From positions 9,362,001 through 9,426,000 of the forward strand of contig NC_092673.1 of assembly GCF_964355755.1 (NCBI RefSeq): a stretch of 64,000 nucleotides of DNA, in the 5' to 3' direction. The notes below the pieces were generated by a model. That model saw nothing but the letters and a program-made list of their open reading frames with translations. It made no database searches and was not told the DNA's origin. The stretch comes from Antedon mediterranea. Lineage: Eukaryota > Animalia > Echinodermata. Made by a program: the position numbers and the translations under genes. Shown piece by piece: positions 26,116 through 39,229 of this stretch (within the stretch, counting starts at the first letter, position 1; each line of letters starts with the position of its first letter).

Positions 26116-27962
26116 TAAATATGGACTTATCTTACTACACAATCAAATACAAACATTATAAATTATTACATTAAAAAGTATATACACATTAGGTTATAAA
26201 AATACATTCAATACATTTGAGCGAAAAGTAAAAGATTGTGTTATGGACGGATATTATAAATTTCGTTGCGTTCTTTCCATGCAGTTGTTAAAAATAATTT
26301 ACAATATTTGTCAAAGATGTTACTTGCTAATACATAGTTAATATTGTTTATACATTGGATTTGATATTCTTCATGAATTTCTAGGTCGTCAAAAAAAAGG
26401 TGATATTTAAGTTCAGGTGAGCTTGACGTGAATAAGTCCATATTTTATGCAAATCATTGTTGTATAGATCTTCTTTAAGTTGTTTAAATATTGAGTTTCT
26501 AATATTAACTAATCTAGTACAATTGAATACAAAATGATAAATTGTTTCTTTTTCACGACAATTACATAACAAACATGATCCTAAATGTTGTGGTGACCAA
26601 GCTTCCTTTCTTCCTTCGAGTGGTAATGAGTTAGAACAAGCTTTGAATTTTAGACTTGATGCATGGTAGCTACATTTTTTCAATAAGTATTTTTCCATTT
26701 TAGGTTCATTTTTATATCTTAAGTAATTTGTTAAGGATGATTTAGTTTGAGCCTTGTTAAACCATGTTATGTTATCGTCTATAATATTTTTTTCTTTAAA
26801 ACCATTAAGCCACTTATTACAATAATCAATATTGAAAAACATTTGCAAATCAAATTTGTTTAAAATGGATTCAATCTTTTGGAGCCATTTCCAACTGAGT
26901 CTATCTTTTAGAACAAAGAGAGCTCTAATGACTGAACCGATTCTACATCAGAATCAGATTCAACGCCGCCGTTGTATTCTCTATCGGATCTTGTTGTTGA
27001 TTGTTTATCAGCCATATTTAAAGCTGGATGAGGGTCTTGTTACTAGTTAATCGTAGTTACCGAGACGTTCACCAGTCTACTGTTCCAAATAAAATAATGC
27101 ACTGTTCCTAAAACAATGTTTGTGTACTTCCGATTAAACAAAACGTAGCACCACGGCTTCCGTAAAATATCACAGTATCGTAAGTACCACTTCCACAAAA
27201 TATATATCAATAACAGTACAGTTGATCTTAAAACAGCCACTAATCTATGGCAAAATACAGTAGAAATATTAAAAATGCTTCAATCAAAAATCCTTCTCCC
27301 TTCTTACAATTGTCATACTTCCCCGTATATACAATATGTTCATAACCTTCAAGATCATTCCTTATACTTCTTATTCTATTTGATTACATTTTCTATTAAT
27401 AGCACTTCTGGAATGTTCCTGTAAATTGTAATTTATTACAGTGATACCACGATAGTTATTAAGATCATGTCGATCACCTTTTTTAAATTTCTCGTGTGGA
27501 AATGGGCAGCCATATAAGGTACGGTACAGAGTTATTATAAAAAATCTTATGGACATGAGATAGTTGTAATAACTTAACCCTGCTTTAGATATTTATATAT
27601 CCGACCTTCTAGTTCAATTTTACCAATATGATTACGGGAATCTAGCTCAAAAATGAAACATACAGTCTTATTTTGGATAATTTGGAGTTTGATTGAGGCC
27701 AACCAAGAAGTGGATGAGAGCATTAGATAGTAATTTTCTGGTCCTTTGATCAAGAAATGACCATTTGTTTTTTTGATAACTGAATATGCCATAGAAGTAC
27801 CATTTAGGTTATTATCAAGTATGCAACCAAGATATTTAACATAAGATCTATTTACAACTTCTTTGTTGTCCAAAGTCTTTAAAGTCATTATATTTAGCTT
27901 TGAGTCGCTTATGGGATCCGAAGAGTATAGATTCAGTTTTTCCCGGATAAATAGATAATTTG

Positions 27963-30900
27963 TGTAACCCAGGTTTGTTTCCGCAACTTTATAATTAATC
28001 TTAACGAATAAATATAGCGCAAACGTAACTCAAATACAAAAACATCAGAACATAAATTTAAATGGAACAAAACACGGTTTATTCGACCAAACTAGAATAA
28101 AATAAAAATAAAACAAAAGAGAACGGAAAGTATGACTTATCTAAGGCGCCGATAAGGTTATTCAAGATAAGGTAGCTACCGCTTCCAACGGCGACCTTGA
28201 CCTCCGTCTTGCGTTTTTCGCCTTACGGTAGATGAATACAGTTGATTTATATAGCAGTCTATACAGATAATTTCGGTGTCCGAGAACCAGTGGTTCTTCG
28301 GTAGCCTATACAAAGAGCCAAAGTACATTATCAGCCTTACATGGCAATAGTCATAAAACGACTTCATAATGGCAATCGTTGTCTCAAAAATAACATAATG
28401 AAAAAGGAAAATGAAAACATTGTCTTAAAGAACAATAAATAAGTAAAAGAGGAAAATAACAATTTGCTGATCTATAGGCCTACAATGCCTATATGATATA
28501 ATAGGTCTATCTTGAGCCTGCTTACCCTAACAGTAAAAGACTAATCATGGAAACATTCCATTTATAAAAATAGGTTTAAACATAATTAATAATAATGTCA
28601 CGTTAAGTTATGGGTATCGAATCATCTCGGTCGCGTTTCATTTCGGTCGCGCTTCCGGTAAATCGAACTTCCGGCGATTTCTATGGAACGCCGCTCAATG
28701 CATTACTGTACACTGTAAGCTCTAATTAAAGATCGAAGTCTAGGCTCTATTAAGGTTTTTAGGTGTTTAAAAATGTTTTTATATAATAGTCATTATATTT
28801 AAATAAATATTGTAAATACAGTCAGTATTTTATTAATATTAGTTTAACTTTTTTTTAAATGTTTTTATAAGCCTTATATTTTGATAAATTTTGTAAATAT
28901 TCTATTTGTTTCTGACGGAAAAATTAACAAACTCACTTTACACTTTTGTCAATGATCATTCGATCTTTTTAATTTTAAAACAAAAACATATACACAAATA
29001 TTTACATATATTTACATTTATTCAATTCTTTAAGCAAAACATAGATACGTTAATGTAATGCAAAACAAACTCGTTTCACACTGTTGTCAATGATCATTCA
29101 ATCTTTTTATTTTTAAAACAAAAACGCATATACAAACATTTACATTCATCATTCAAATTGAAACCTTTTTATTTACATCTACAAACGTTATTTAATTTAT
29201 CTATGTATTTAATCTTTTATTTATTACCAATACCTCTATTTACATCTACAGACGTTATTTAATTTATCTATTAATTTAATCTTTTATTTATTAGCAATAT
29301 TTACATCTATCTCATCTACAAATCACGAACATCATTTGATATAACGCGCGATCCAGCGTTAAGGAGCGATCTTGCTGATCGTTGGCCTGCGCGATACTCG
29401 TCCCAGAGGCGCAAGAGCGTTCTAGGTCCTATGCTGCCATCTTTCGCAACCATCACATTGCAGTGCTTCTTGATTAAACATAACATTCTCATCACATACT
29501 ATACAGGTTTCCATGATCGAAGATTGAAGAACACTGTGCATAATTCGTAGTTTTTGGGCCTTTTTATAGGAGCCCCACTGTTACATTGTATAGACTATTT
29601 CGGGTACATCCTTAATTCATCGGCAAAACCAAAGCGTAGGCACTCGCCCAATTTCATTTTGCGTGCTTATGCTGATATTTTGTTTTTATTGCCTCTAATT
29701 ACATTTATACATCACAATACGGTAAAACTTTGAAAAAAAATGCTCAATGGCGGTTTCTTCTTTTAAGAGAACGGAAAGTATGACTTATCTAAGGCGCCGA
29801 TAAGGTTATTCAAGATAAGGTAGCTACCGCTTCCAACGGCGACCTTGACCTCCGTCTTGCGTTTTTCGCCTTACGGTAGATGAATACAGTTGATTTTATA
29901 GCAGTCTATACAGATAATTTCGGTGTCCGAGAACCAGTGGTTCTTCGGTAGCCTATACAAAGAGTCAAAATACAGTATAATAATACAGTATACTGTCTAA
30001 AATAGTTTAACATTGAATGTACCATAAGTACATTATCAGCCTTACATGGCAATAGTCATAAAACGACTTCATAATGGCAATCGTTGTCTAAAAAATCACA
30101 TAATGAAAAAGGAAAATGAAAACATTGTCTTAAAGAACAATAAATAAGTAAAAGAGGAAAATAACAATTTGCTGATCTATACAATGCCTATATGATATAA
30201 TAGGTCTATCTTGAGCCTGCTTACCCTAACAGTAAAAGACCAATCATGGAAACATTCCATTTATAAAAATAGGTTTAAACATAATTAATAATAATGTCAC
30301 GTTAAGTTATGTACTATACTGTAATGACTTCCATTAAAACAGCATTAACTATAAATAATAACAACAGTAATATACTTATACAATAATTAACTTTAAATAT
30401 AGAACAAAGTATATTGGTTTTCAAACACTCACCTATACAAAGAGCCAATATTCAAAATAAAACGAACAGTCTCCAATATGTACAATACAATCAAATATAA
30501 TTTTTTAGTGCAATATGCCAAACTAGCACAAACTTCCAATCAACGCGAACTTAAAACTTAGTTCGGTAATGTAAACTTCCAATCAACGCGAACTTTAAAA
30601 CTTAGTTCGGTAATGTAATTATACTGTAGTACAGTAAAACATATAGCTAGCTTTAAATAAAGTCATGTAACACTTAGAAATGACCAGCATTTCAGATGGC
30701 ATAATCAGGAAAAGAGAATGAAACATGGGAACATACCCTAATATTGGCCCAGTCACCTGACCAAGGCTAATTCCATTGGTCAATCCATGTTGCTGGGGAA
30801 AAAAGCAAAGGGTAAACTGGCCCTTATTGGTCAGTGTCTATAGAAAAAACAGAAAGCTCTCATGCATTACCACATAGTTTATGACATAATGACATAAACA

Positions 30901-31045
30901 GCAAAGGAAGTTCTAACCAAAAGATAAACAACTAATTAAAACTTGGGCTTAACAACAAAGAAAGGATTAAAAGATTATTCTACCACACTACAAAGTATAG
31001 CAAAAATCTAATAAGGAAAACATGGTAAACCATGGCAGGGTTACA
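27963..31045. mobile_element. TG..CA element with 4-bp TSD (expanded solo LTR or Ginger-like non-autonomous element)
   Basis: Termini TGTAACCC / GGGTTACA, TSD TTTG (27959-27962, 31046-31049); no coding region; internal ~500-bp direct duplication. Confidence 0.75.
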
Positions 31046-31587
31046 TTTGTTATCTATAAACCATTTCAAGATTATGAGTAAGCGAATCTGAGATACTCTT
31101 TCCCATAAGCAATCAGAGCTATATCATCAGCATACATGAGAACTTTACAAGTTACACTGGAAGGTAAATCATTTATATAGCACAAAAATAAAGTTGGACC
31201 AATAATGCTTCCTTGTGGAACGAGTGATTTAACACTATTAATTTCAACAACCTGGTTACGATTACTAAGATATGATCTGAACCATTTAAAGGAGTTATTA
31301 TCAAACCCCATTTCCATCAGTTTTTTACACAACATATTGTGATTTACGGTATCGAAAGCTTTCTGAACATCAATAATACCTGCAAGATTTCCTTTACTTG
31401 CCTCAGTTTTCAATTCATCTTGCAGGTTAATAAGACTGGTATCTGTAGAATAATTACCCCTAAAGCCAGATTGATGGTCGAAAAGGATATCATTATCTAG
31501 TAAATGAGAGTGCAGTAGTTCATTTACAACCGATTCAATGATTTTCGAAACACATGGAAGAATGCTTATGGGACGGTTCCAACCTCA

Positions 31588-33068
31588 TCTATATATAAAT
31601 TATGGTTAATTCTGACATAGGCGAGCACAATGCAAAAACTTCTCTACAAATCTCCGCCTTGGATACCTACCTTATCTATCCGATATGTACCGCGAAACGT
31701 AGATTTGATAACATTAGTGTGCACGCCGACGCTATTGTTCCATATTTATATCTTCGGAAGATATTATAAAGAGTTTTTTAACAACATTTATGATTTCAAC
31801 ATTGGATTTTCCTCTCAATTTCAATTCTTCCCGGTCAAAGTAATTTCCGGGTTTAAGATAAGTTCACCTTAGTTTCAAATATTTCCTCTCTTTTATACAC
31901 AAGGGAGCAGTTAAAATAATAGATTTGACCCTAAAGGTGACTGGAAACAGGCACTTTCCATCAATCAATACAGTGTCCCTTTGGAAGACGAAAAAAAAAT
32001 TGGCCATTAATCATAGCCATTTCAGTTTTTTGTTTATTTTAAAACATACCACACGTGTGTGAAGGTACAGTAGTTAAATAATAGGAATTATACTGCAAAT
32101 TAATAAAGATCAAATTAAATATACGCCATAAAGAATCAGAATATATTGTGGGGAATAGTATTATAAAATTACATAGGGAGATTTGATAAGACATTTTTCG
32201 AGTGAAATCCCGATAGCTGAGTTTTATTGAGTAAGCTTGCAGGAATAACTGTAGGCTATCTTCCTGTGTCCCGTTAGGACCGAGATGTCTGCCCATGTTG
32301 CAAGCCGTAATGTCTTCTTTCTTGGGCCCACTCTGTCACGGCAGTTAGTTTCAAAAGATGATTAAATTAAATAATGTATTAATAATTATTAGGATGGTAT
32401 TCATTTGAATAAACGCCTCTCCAATAAAACATCACTTTGAATAATGTCTGCCCATGTTGCAAGCCGTAATGTCTTCTTTCTTGGGCCCACTCTGTCACGG
32501 CAGTTAGTTTCAAAAGATGATTAAATTAAATAATGTATTAATAATTATTAGGATGGTATTCATTTGAATAAACGCCTCTCCAATAAAACATCACTTTGAA
32601 TAATAACCCCCCCCCCCACCCCACAACCCAACTATCTAATAAACGTCCATCCACATTATAATAACACAATTATACTATTTGTAGTAGAATTCACCGCACT
32701 GTTATCTGCAATTTACCAAGCATTTGTTATTCTTTTTTACCACTTTTCATATCTATGAGAGGATTTCATTTGATTATAAATGTTACCATATTATTAGAAC
32801 TAAAAAATTTAACATATATCCCTCGAATAAGCACCTCCCTCAAATGACCTCCGCCTCCCCAAAGGGCCTTACCAAACAATAAAAACTATACTTTAAAATG
32901 TTATTAATCATCTAAAACACTGTGAAACAAAGTAGTTTAGTTTTACGAATGTCAAGCATTTTCAATAATGGTAACCGACAGAAAATGTATAAGGAGAACA
33001 TTATCATTCCGAGAACCATCGTCTACACTTCCTAGAGGGGGAGCGAGCGAAGCGAGCTCACCCTCTAG
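31588..33068 (+). mobile_element. Non-autonomous Helitron, unit 1
   Basis: A|TC 5' end; 3' hairpin around GCGAGCGAAGCGAGC followed by CTAG. Confidence 0.75.
32285..32602. repeat. Tandem duplication, 2 x 159 bp
   Basis: ATGTCTGCCCATG..CACTTTGAATA at 32285 and 32444. Confidence 0.9.
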
Positions 33069-34508
33069 TCTATATAAATTTACGTAAGGGCAAAATTCGG
33101 TAAATCACGCCTTACTTCTAGAATTTTTACTCGATGGTATATAAAGTTGGTTCGTACTTTCGGTACTGATTTTAACCACCTGATGTAACCCCCTGTTTAC
33201 TAATTAAATTAATTTAGATAATTAGTTATTGACGATTAAAACGAATTTAGGTTCAACGATTTGCCCCAAATAGGGGTGTTTTCCGATCGTGGTATACACT
33301 GTCTAATGGATGTCCATCTTGAAAAATACCCGCAACAAAAATGCGAGGAGGCTTCGCATTTTCCTATCTCCTCCTACGATAATTGTTTTTAATAGCTGAA
33401 AACCGGTTGAATAGCTAGAGTATGCCATCATAATGTTGAAGACAGGCCGATTTTCTTTAAAAAAAATACTATTTTGATAGATTTAATATACGATTATACA
33501 AATGTATTGATTTGCGATGAATGGAACATCCCAATCTCTCAGTCTGCCAGAGTTTGGTTTAACACAAGTAGGTAAATTTATGAGCCCTTGGTTTAACACA
33601 TACGGTAGGTAAATATATGGGCCCTTTGAGAATAAACTTGCAATATTTTGACAATACTGTAAATACCTATTAACTATTTTTGGTCCTCATTTGAATCGAA
33701 CATTTCTTACTGTGAATGTTCGTACTGTTAGATGTAATATAAAAATATATACAAATAAACTTTATTACTGAGATTGTGGATAGGCTCTACTGTTAGATAT
33801 ATAAACACATTATTATATACAAATAAACTTTATACTGACAGTTCTTTCTCAACGTTTGTATTAATTAATAATTACCAAAAATATAAACGTCGTAGTGGTG
33901 TATCGTGACATGTACTTTAATATTTCAATCGATTATGACAGTGACAGTTTTAACTAAACTAAATAAAGAATGTTCTCTAATATAATAAGGAATCTCTTGC
34001 CATACACGGGGAAAATTAGTGTACAATGAATATTTAAAAAAAAATAAATAAAAAAAATAAACAAAGTATTAAATCGCAAATGTTTTACTGTATTTAGAGG
34101 TATATTATTTATAGGCCTATAAAACATGAAAAAAATATTTCGTTACTGAGTGGATAAAGAATATATTTAAAAATTGTTCCTCTTTGTACCTATCCGCTTT
34201 CCCATCCCTCAACCCTAATGTTACATACAAAACACAAATTGGGTTTCTTTAAATGAGTCCAAATAAAAAATTTGGACTCATTTTGTGATAAGTTTCTCCT
34301 TCGGAAGTAATTCCCAGGGTGCTAATTTTAGTTGACTACATAAATCATCGTGTCTATTTATTCGTTTCTGTAAACGACAATTTATTATAGTCCTGCGGTA
34401 CGTACATTTGAAATCGCCAGTTTTGCTACGCTGAAATTACTGTGTATTCGAGAACCACCTGTGGGCACGACCTAGATGGTGCGCGAGCGAAGCGAGCGTA
34501 CCATCTAG
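33069..34508 (+). mobile_element. Non-autonomous Helitron, unit 2
   Basis: TCTATATAAATTTACG start directly after the previous CTAG; 3' hairpin plus CTAG. Confidence 0.8.
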
Positions 34509-34657
34509 TTTCCACAATTTTTCTTATAAAGAGGCTTAAACTCGTTAGGAAAAATTCCAGATTGTATTGACAAATTAATCACACTTGTTAAGGGAATCTT
34601 AAGAATAGATAAGCCATCTTTTTAAAATCTAGCAGGAATTGAGTCAAGATCAGTACT

Positions 34658-36099
34658 TCTATATATAAATTTACGTAAGGGCAAAATTCGGTAAATCGCG
34701 CCTTACTTTTAGAATTTTTACTCGATGGTATATAAAGTTGGTTCGTACTTTCGGTACTGATTTTAACCACCTGATGTAACCCTGTTTACTAATTAAATTA
34801 AGTTAGATAATTAGTTATTGACGATTAAAACAAATTTAGGTTCAACGATTTGCCCCAAATAGGGGTGTTTTCCGATCGTGGTATACACTGTCTAATGGAT
34901 GTCCATCTTGAAAAATACCCGCCACAAAAATGCGAGGAGGCTTCGCATTTTCCTATCTCCTCCTACGATAATTGTTTTTAATAGCTGAAAACCGGTTGAA
35001 CAGCTCGAGTACAGTATCATAATGTTGAAGACAGGCCGATTTTCTTTAAAAAATACTATTTTGATAGATTTAATATACGTTTATGCAAATGTATTGATTT
35101 GAAATGAATGGAACATTCCAATCTCTGTTCCACAAGTGTCTATTCCCTCAGGCGTCGTAAAGGCAAGTACTGCATACTCATAACAGAAATTCGATCCATT
35201 TTTTTTTCAATCTGTGCTGCAGAGGTTGGATATAGATTTGTTTTAACGGATAATGAGCTAGCGTTTTCAGTCGCCGTATATATATATGTACAAATCTTTA
35301 TTATTGACATCATCACCCTTCCCTCGCTGGCATGAGTAGCGTTGTAAAGCCAGTAGAGGATAGGCCTACGGTCCCCCTACGGTGCATCACATGCCCTAAA
35401 CGCAGAACAACTTTGGTGGCTAGGGTTAGGAACCAACTTAAGTATGAATTAGCTCTAAGAAACAATTGAAAACCATTAGGCCTACTAATTAAGTTGAGTT
35501 AGATAATTTAATATTTATTGACGATTAAATCGAATTTATGATTTGCCACGAATAGAGGTGGTTTTCACAAATTGTTTTACATTATACAAACATATTATAC
35601 ACGTCGTAGTGATGTATCGTTACATGTACTATACTATTTCAATCGACTAGGACGGTGATAGTTTCAACAAAGTATTACATCGCAATGTTTTACTGTGTTT
35701 AGTGGTATATTATTTGTAAAACATGAAAACTATTAACATTTCGTTACTACATGGATAAAGAATATATTTAAAAATTGTTCCTCTTTGCACCCATCCTCTT
35801 TCCCATCCCTCAACCCTAATGTTACATACAAAACACAAATTAAGTTTGTTTAAATTTAAACAATTGGTCTCATTTTGTGACACGTTTCTCTTTCGGAAGT
35901 AATTCCCAGGGTGCTAATTTTAGTTCAGTACATAAATCACAGTGTCTATTTATTCGTTCCTGTAAACGACATGTATTATTGTCCTGCGGTACGTACATTT
36001 GAAATCGCCAGTTTTTTAACGCTGAAATTATTATGTATTCGAGAACCATCTGTGGGCACGACCAAGATGGTACGCGAGCGAAGCGAGCGTACCATCTAG
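34658..36099 (+). mobile_element. Non-autonomous Helitron, unit 3
   Basis: Same 5' and 3' ends as unit 2 with a different middle; CTAG|T returns to the host LINE. Confidence 0.8.
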
Positions 36100-37990
36100 T
36101 TTATTAGAATTACATTTCTCAATACGGACATCATCTTCATCTATATTATTAAGAGTGAAACTATTGGGCTTCACTTTCTTATTTTTATAGAATGATTTAA
36201 AAATCATGGACGACGTACTAAAAAGACCCTTACCAACTGGGAGCTTATTTACAAGTGAGGAGGCATTGTTTGTGAAAAACTTATTCAATAGATTACCGTA
36301 GCTATTTTATAAGGTTCGTGGTATAGGGCACCATTAGAATTAAGAACTATTTTGATTAAAGACTTTTTAGCTTGTTTGGAGCCCAGATTTTTCAGGTGCT
36401 TCCAAAGTTTTTTTAGAGTCGCTTTTGCATTCATCAACCTTGTTTTTAAAATAGTTTGCTTTGGCCTTTTGTATATCCTTTAGGACTTTATTCATCAATT
36501 TGGTGTATTGTTTTAAGTGTCTACCTGGCTATTATTCTTTCTAAAAGAATATAAGTACTTATCTCGTTGATGTATATTATTTAAAATCTCATCAGTCATC
36601 CAAGTTTAATGGGGAAATTTCGTCAAGACCTTTTAGAAATAAACGTTTTGTTAAGCCAACTTTCAGAGATACCAATAGCTAGAGCTTTAGATCGTGAAGC
36701 AAACAAACGGACATCTTAGGTAGCATAGATCTAATGTTGATATGAACAAAATGTAACCCTCTTACTTTGAAGCAGTCGAATACAGGTACGGGTTGCTCGT
36801 TTTCGCTACTTGGAGGCACGTTTACCGGGTTGGACGTCGTGGTCAACTCATGAATCTCATCCTCTCCAGAGAAAGGAAGACTGACAAAAATGCAAGAGTC
36901 ACAAACGAAAGTCCTGTCTGTAGATGATCGACGGCACCGTTGATAATACACAGTAGAGCAAATTGAACATTTGGTTACTCGACTCCTTCTGTTGAAACCC
37001 TTAGAGCAACTCGGGTACTTGGGTTCATGTTATTCGATATAGGACCAGGGTTAGGCCCAATGTCACCGCTGCTGCAGAGTAGACAGATGATAACCATTTT
37101 ATTGAAAGTCATTTTTCTGGCAATGTGCATATATGCATACGACATGTCAGGTTGTAGATTGCAAATTCTCCGAAATCATTAGGCTTGGAGACGTCAACAA
37201 AATATTCGTTAAGTTGTAAGTTACCGGCGTTATTAGGTGTGGCTGTGCAGATCGCTTTGACTGCAATGAGCCAGAAACTGATAGATAAAATAACACCTTT
37301 CAACATAATGATGAAGCGATCGCGTATCCTTAAACACAAATGGAAAAGAAAAAAAGTACACTCACCAAATGTGCTTGTCGAAAAATGACCAGTACGTCCT
37401 CGCTCTGCAGTGGAATGTATCGAGTTATGCGGTTAGGGTTGAAATGACGATGTCTCCAGGTGTTAAATAGATAAACATACATTATCTTGGATAAAACGAA
37501 AGAACTAGATAGAACTATAAGATAATTATATATATTATTGTATTATTATTATTATTATTATGTATATATATTATAGATAATATTTTTGAAAATCCAATCA
37601 AATGACGTCATGATCAATAAAAACTAAAGCTATAAGTTTGCTCTGAATTGTTCAAAAAGTATTCATTTTGGAAAATTGTTTCCAGTGAAGAATGTAAGTA
37701 ACATGAAACTAAGACGTGTAAAGTATCAACAACCCAAATGCAGAGTTGAAAGATATAGAAAAAGTGCAATACCATACCTTACCTCGCTTCTAAATGAATA
37801 ATCATTATGTATCACCCAATATTCAGTGCAGTTTATTGTTTCCTTTTATTCACTATTTTTAATGTCTATGTTAGTCTTAATTGGTCCTTTTAGGTGTTTT
37901 TTTAAATAAAATTTTACTATTTTAAGCTAAACTTTTATAATGTTCCTGTATAGTATTTCTGGTGTCTATTTCATCCTTTTTTATATATAA

Positions 37991-38753
37991 TTTACCTCCG
38001 CCAAGGAGGTATGTGGCGGAGGTATATGTAATCGGTAGCGTGTGTTTGTTACTTGGCCAAATTGAAAATTGGCCAAGTATGTTGATATGTTGGTTTGTGT
38101 GTTTGTGTGTGTGTGTTTGTTTGTTTGTCATCACTCTAGCGCTCACAGTTTAGATTCGAATGACTCCAAATTACTACCATACATGTCACCTGGTGCAAGG
38201 ACGACACTGCCCAATTTTGGTTAAAATCTGGACCACGGTCACAATTCTGGACCACTTTTAACAATTATTTTCAGACCTGCTAGTGTTAAAAGATAGGACA
38301 GAATTATCAAAAGCCGGTGAGCAGTCTTAAATTAACAAGTAAACTGAAATTGCATTTTCTCGAGAACTACTTGTCCAAAAAACTTCATTTTTGTACAAGA
38401 GGCAAGAGTTATAATTTGTGATTTGTAATTTTAAAACATAATTTGATTTAATGTTCACGTTTTTTGATTCCAGTAGTTTAAAAAACCTATTTTCTTTTCA
38501 AATTCACTCGTTTGATTTTCGCGTTGCTGTTCTATTGTTAGTCAACTGAAGCCATTGTTAATTGAAAGGCTTGTTACATAACCATTACACCAAACTCGCA
38601 TACACATGCTTGTAGTGAAATTAGCCTAAATCACAAACAGCATTAAGACACACACAAATATATATACAGTATATTTTTTTTTACCGGAGAAATCTTATGT
38701 AGGAGAATTTTACAGTAGGCGGAGGTATGCACTCTCGGAGTGGCTTTCTAGTT
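37991..38753 (+). mobile_element. HINE/DINE-like element, family 3
   Basis: 5' ACCTCCGCC..GGAGGT, GTTT/GT microsatellite, 3' subTIR GGCGGAGGT, hairpin CACTCTCGGAGTG, end CTAGTT. Confidence 0.75.
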
Positions 38754-39229
38754 ACCATTGGTTTTATACTTTTATTTATACAAATTTTAATATTGAGAAT
38801 TATGTAAATATCTTTGTAATTCAGCTAAGGCTGCGATGACGATATTGAAATAAATGAAATGAAAAAAAACCAAAAAAAACCCAATAAAATCTTAACGATA
38901 ATTTATATTGTAACGATATTGTTGCTCATGGCGTCATTTGATTGGACGTGGTGAGAAATTGTTTTTCATCAAAGGCAGCATAGATGATAATCCTATAGTT
39001 CTATGATGAAAACTTCTTTTGTTTTAGGTATGAAAAATGCATATTTAGGCCTATCTTTTTATTATCGATCATTATCGCCCTAGTGTAAACTGTAAATGGG
39101 CCTTTAGTTAGTTTGGGTACTTGTAGCGGCGCTATACAATCTATGCCTACTAAACAACTTTTGTTCATTGGTGGTCAGAAGTTACGCTGGGTGGTAACCA
39201 GTTAAGTATGTGAGAGGCGTACTACACAG

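Larger units (their letters stand above)
25113..26928 (-). mobile_element. 5'-truncated LINE related to the 11000-13164 element, inserted in the Gmr1-like gag
   Basis: (TTA)n tail at 25113-25133; ORF 26381..26848 has WF.KA..KSSL..YL.YK (also seen at ~11350-11400) and CLLC..ETIYHFVFNC. Confidence 0.75.
13165..27440 (-). mobile_element. Gmr1-like Gypsy LTR retrotransposon, internally deleted and multiply interrupted
   Basis: TG..CA termini, GTGAT TSD (13160-13164, 27441-27445). Gag from ATG 27015 in pieces (26929-27015, 24906-25112, 18500-19309) with DDIENYLTTFERIA..W..KL.P.LTGKA, a SCAN-like IWIKEHKP and zinc knuckle CRRCKKVGHIERYC; protease LIDSGC; integrase Zn-region (KLVV..R..VL..AHD) directly after the protease. 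Confidence 0.8.
27488..37400 (-). mobile_element. Decayed CR1/L2-group LINE with 2A-like motif, PHD finger, APE and RT, split by two insertions
   Basis: GDIGPNPGP (37041-37067), Cys-rich PHD remnant, GLHFVHINIRS (APE start), RPISILP, QSGFR, D.QKAFDTVNH, VPQGSIIGP, MYADD, VKYLG; frames rejoin across both insertions (WFIDNK|LSIYPGKTES). Confidence 0.85.

Noticed and set aside
27062-27074. Primer-binding site (minus strand TGGTGAACGTCTC) for the Gmr1-like element
   Set aside because: Not directly adjacent to a definable LTR end, and I cannot match it to a tRNA.
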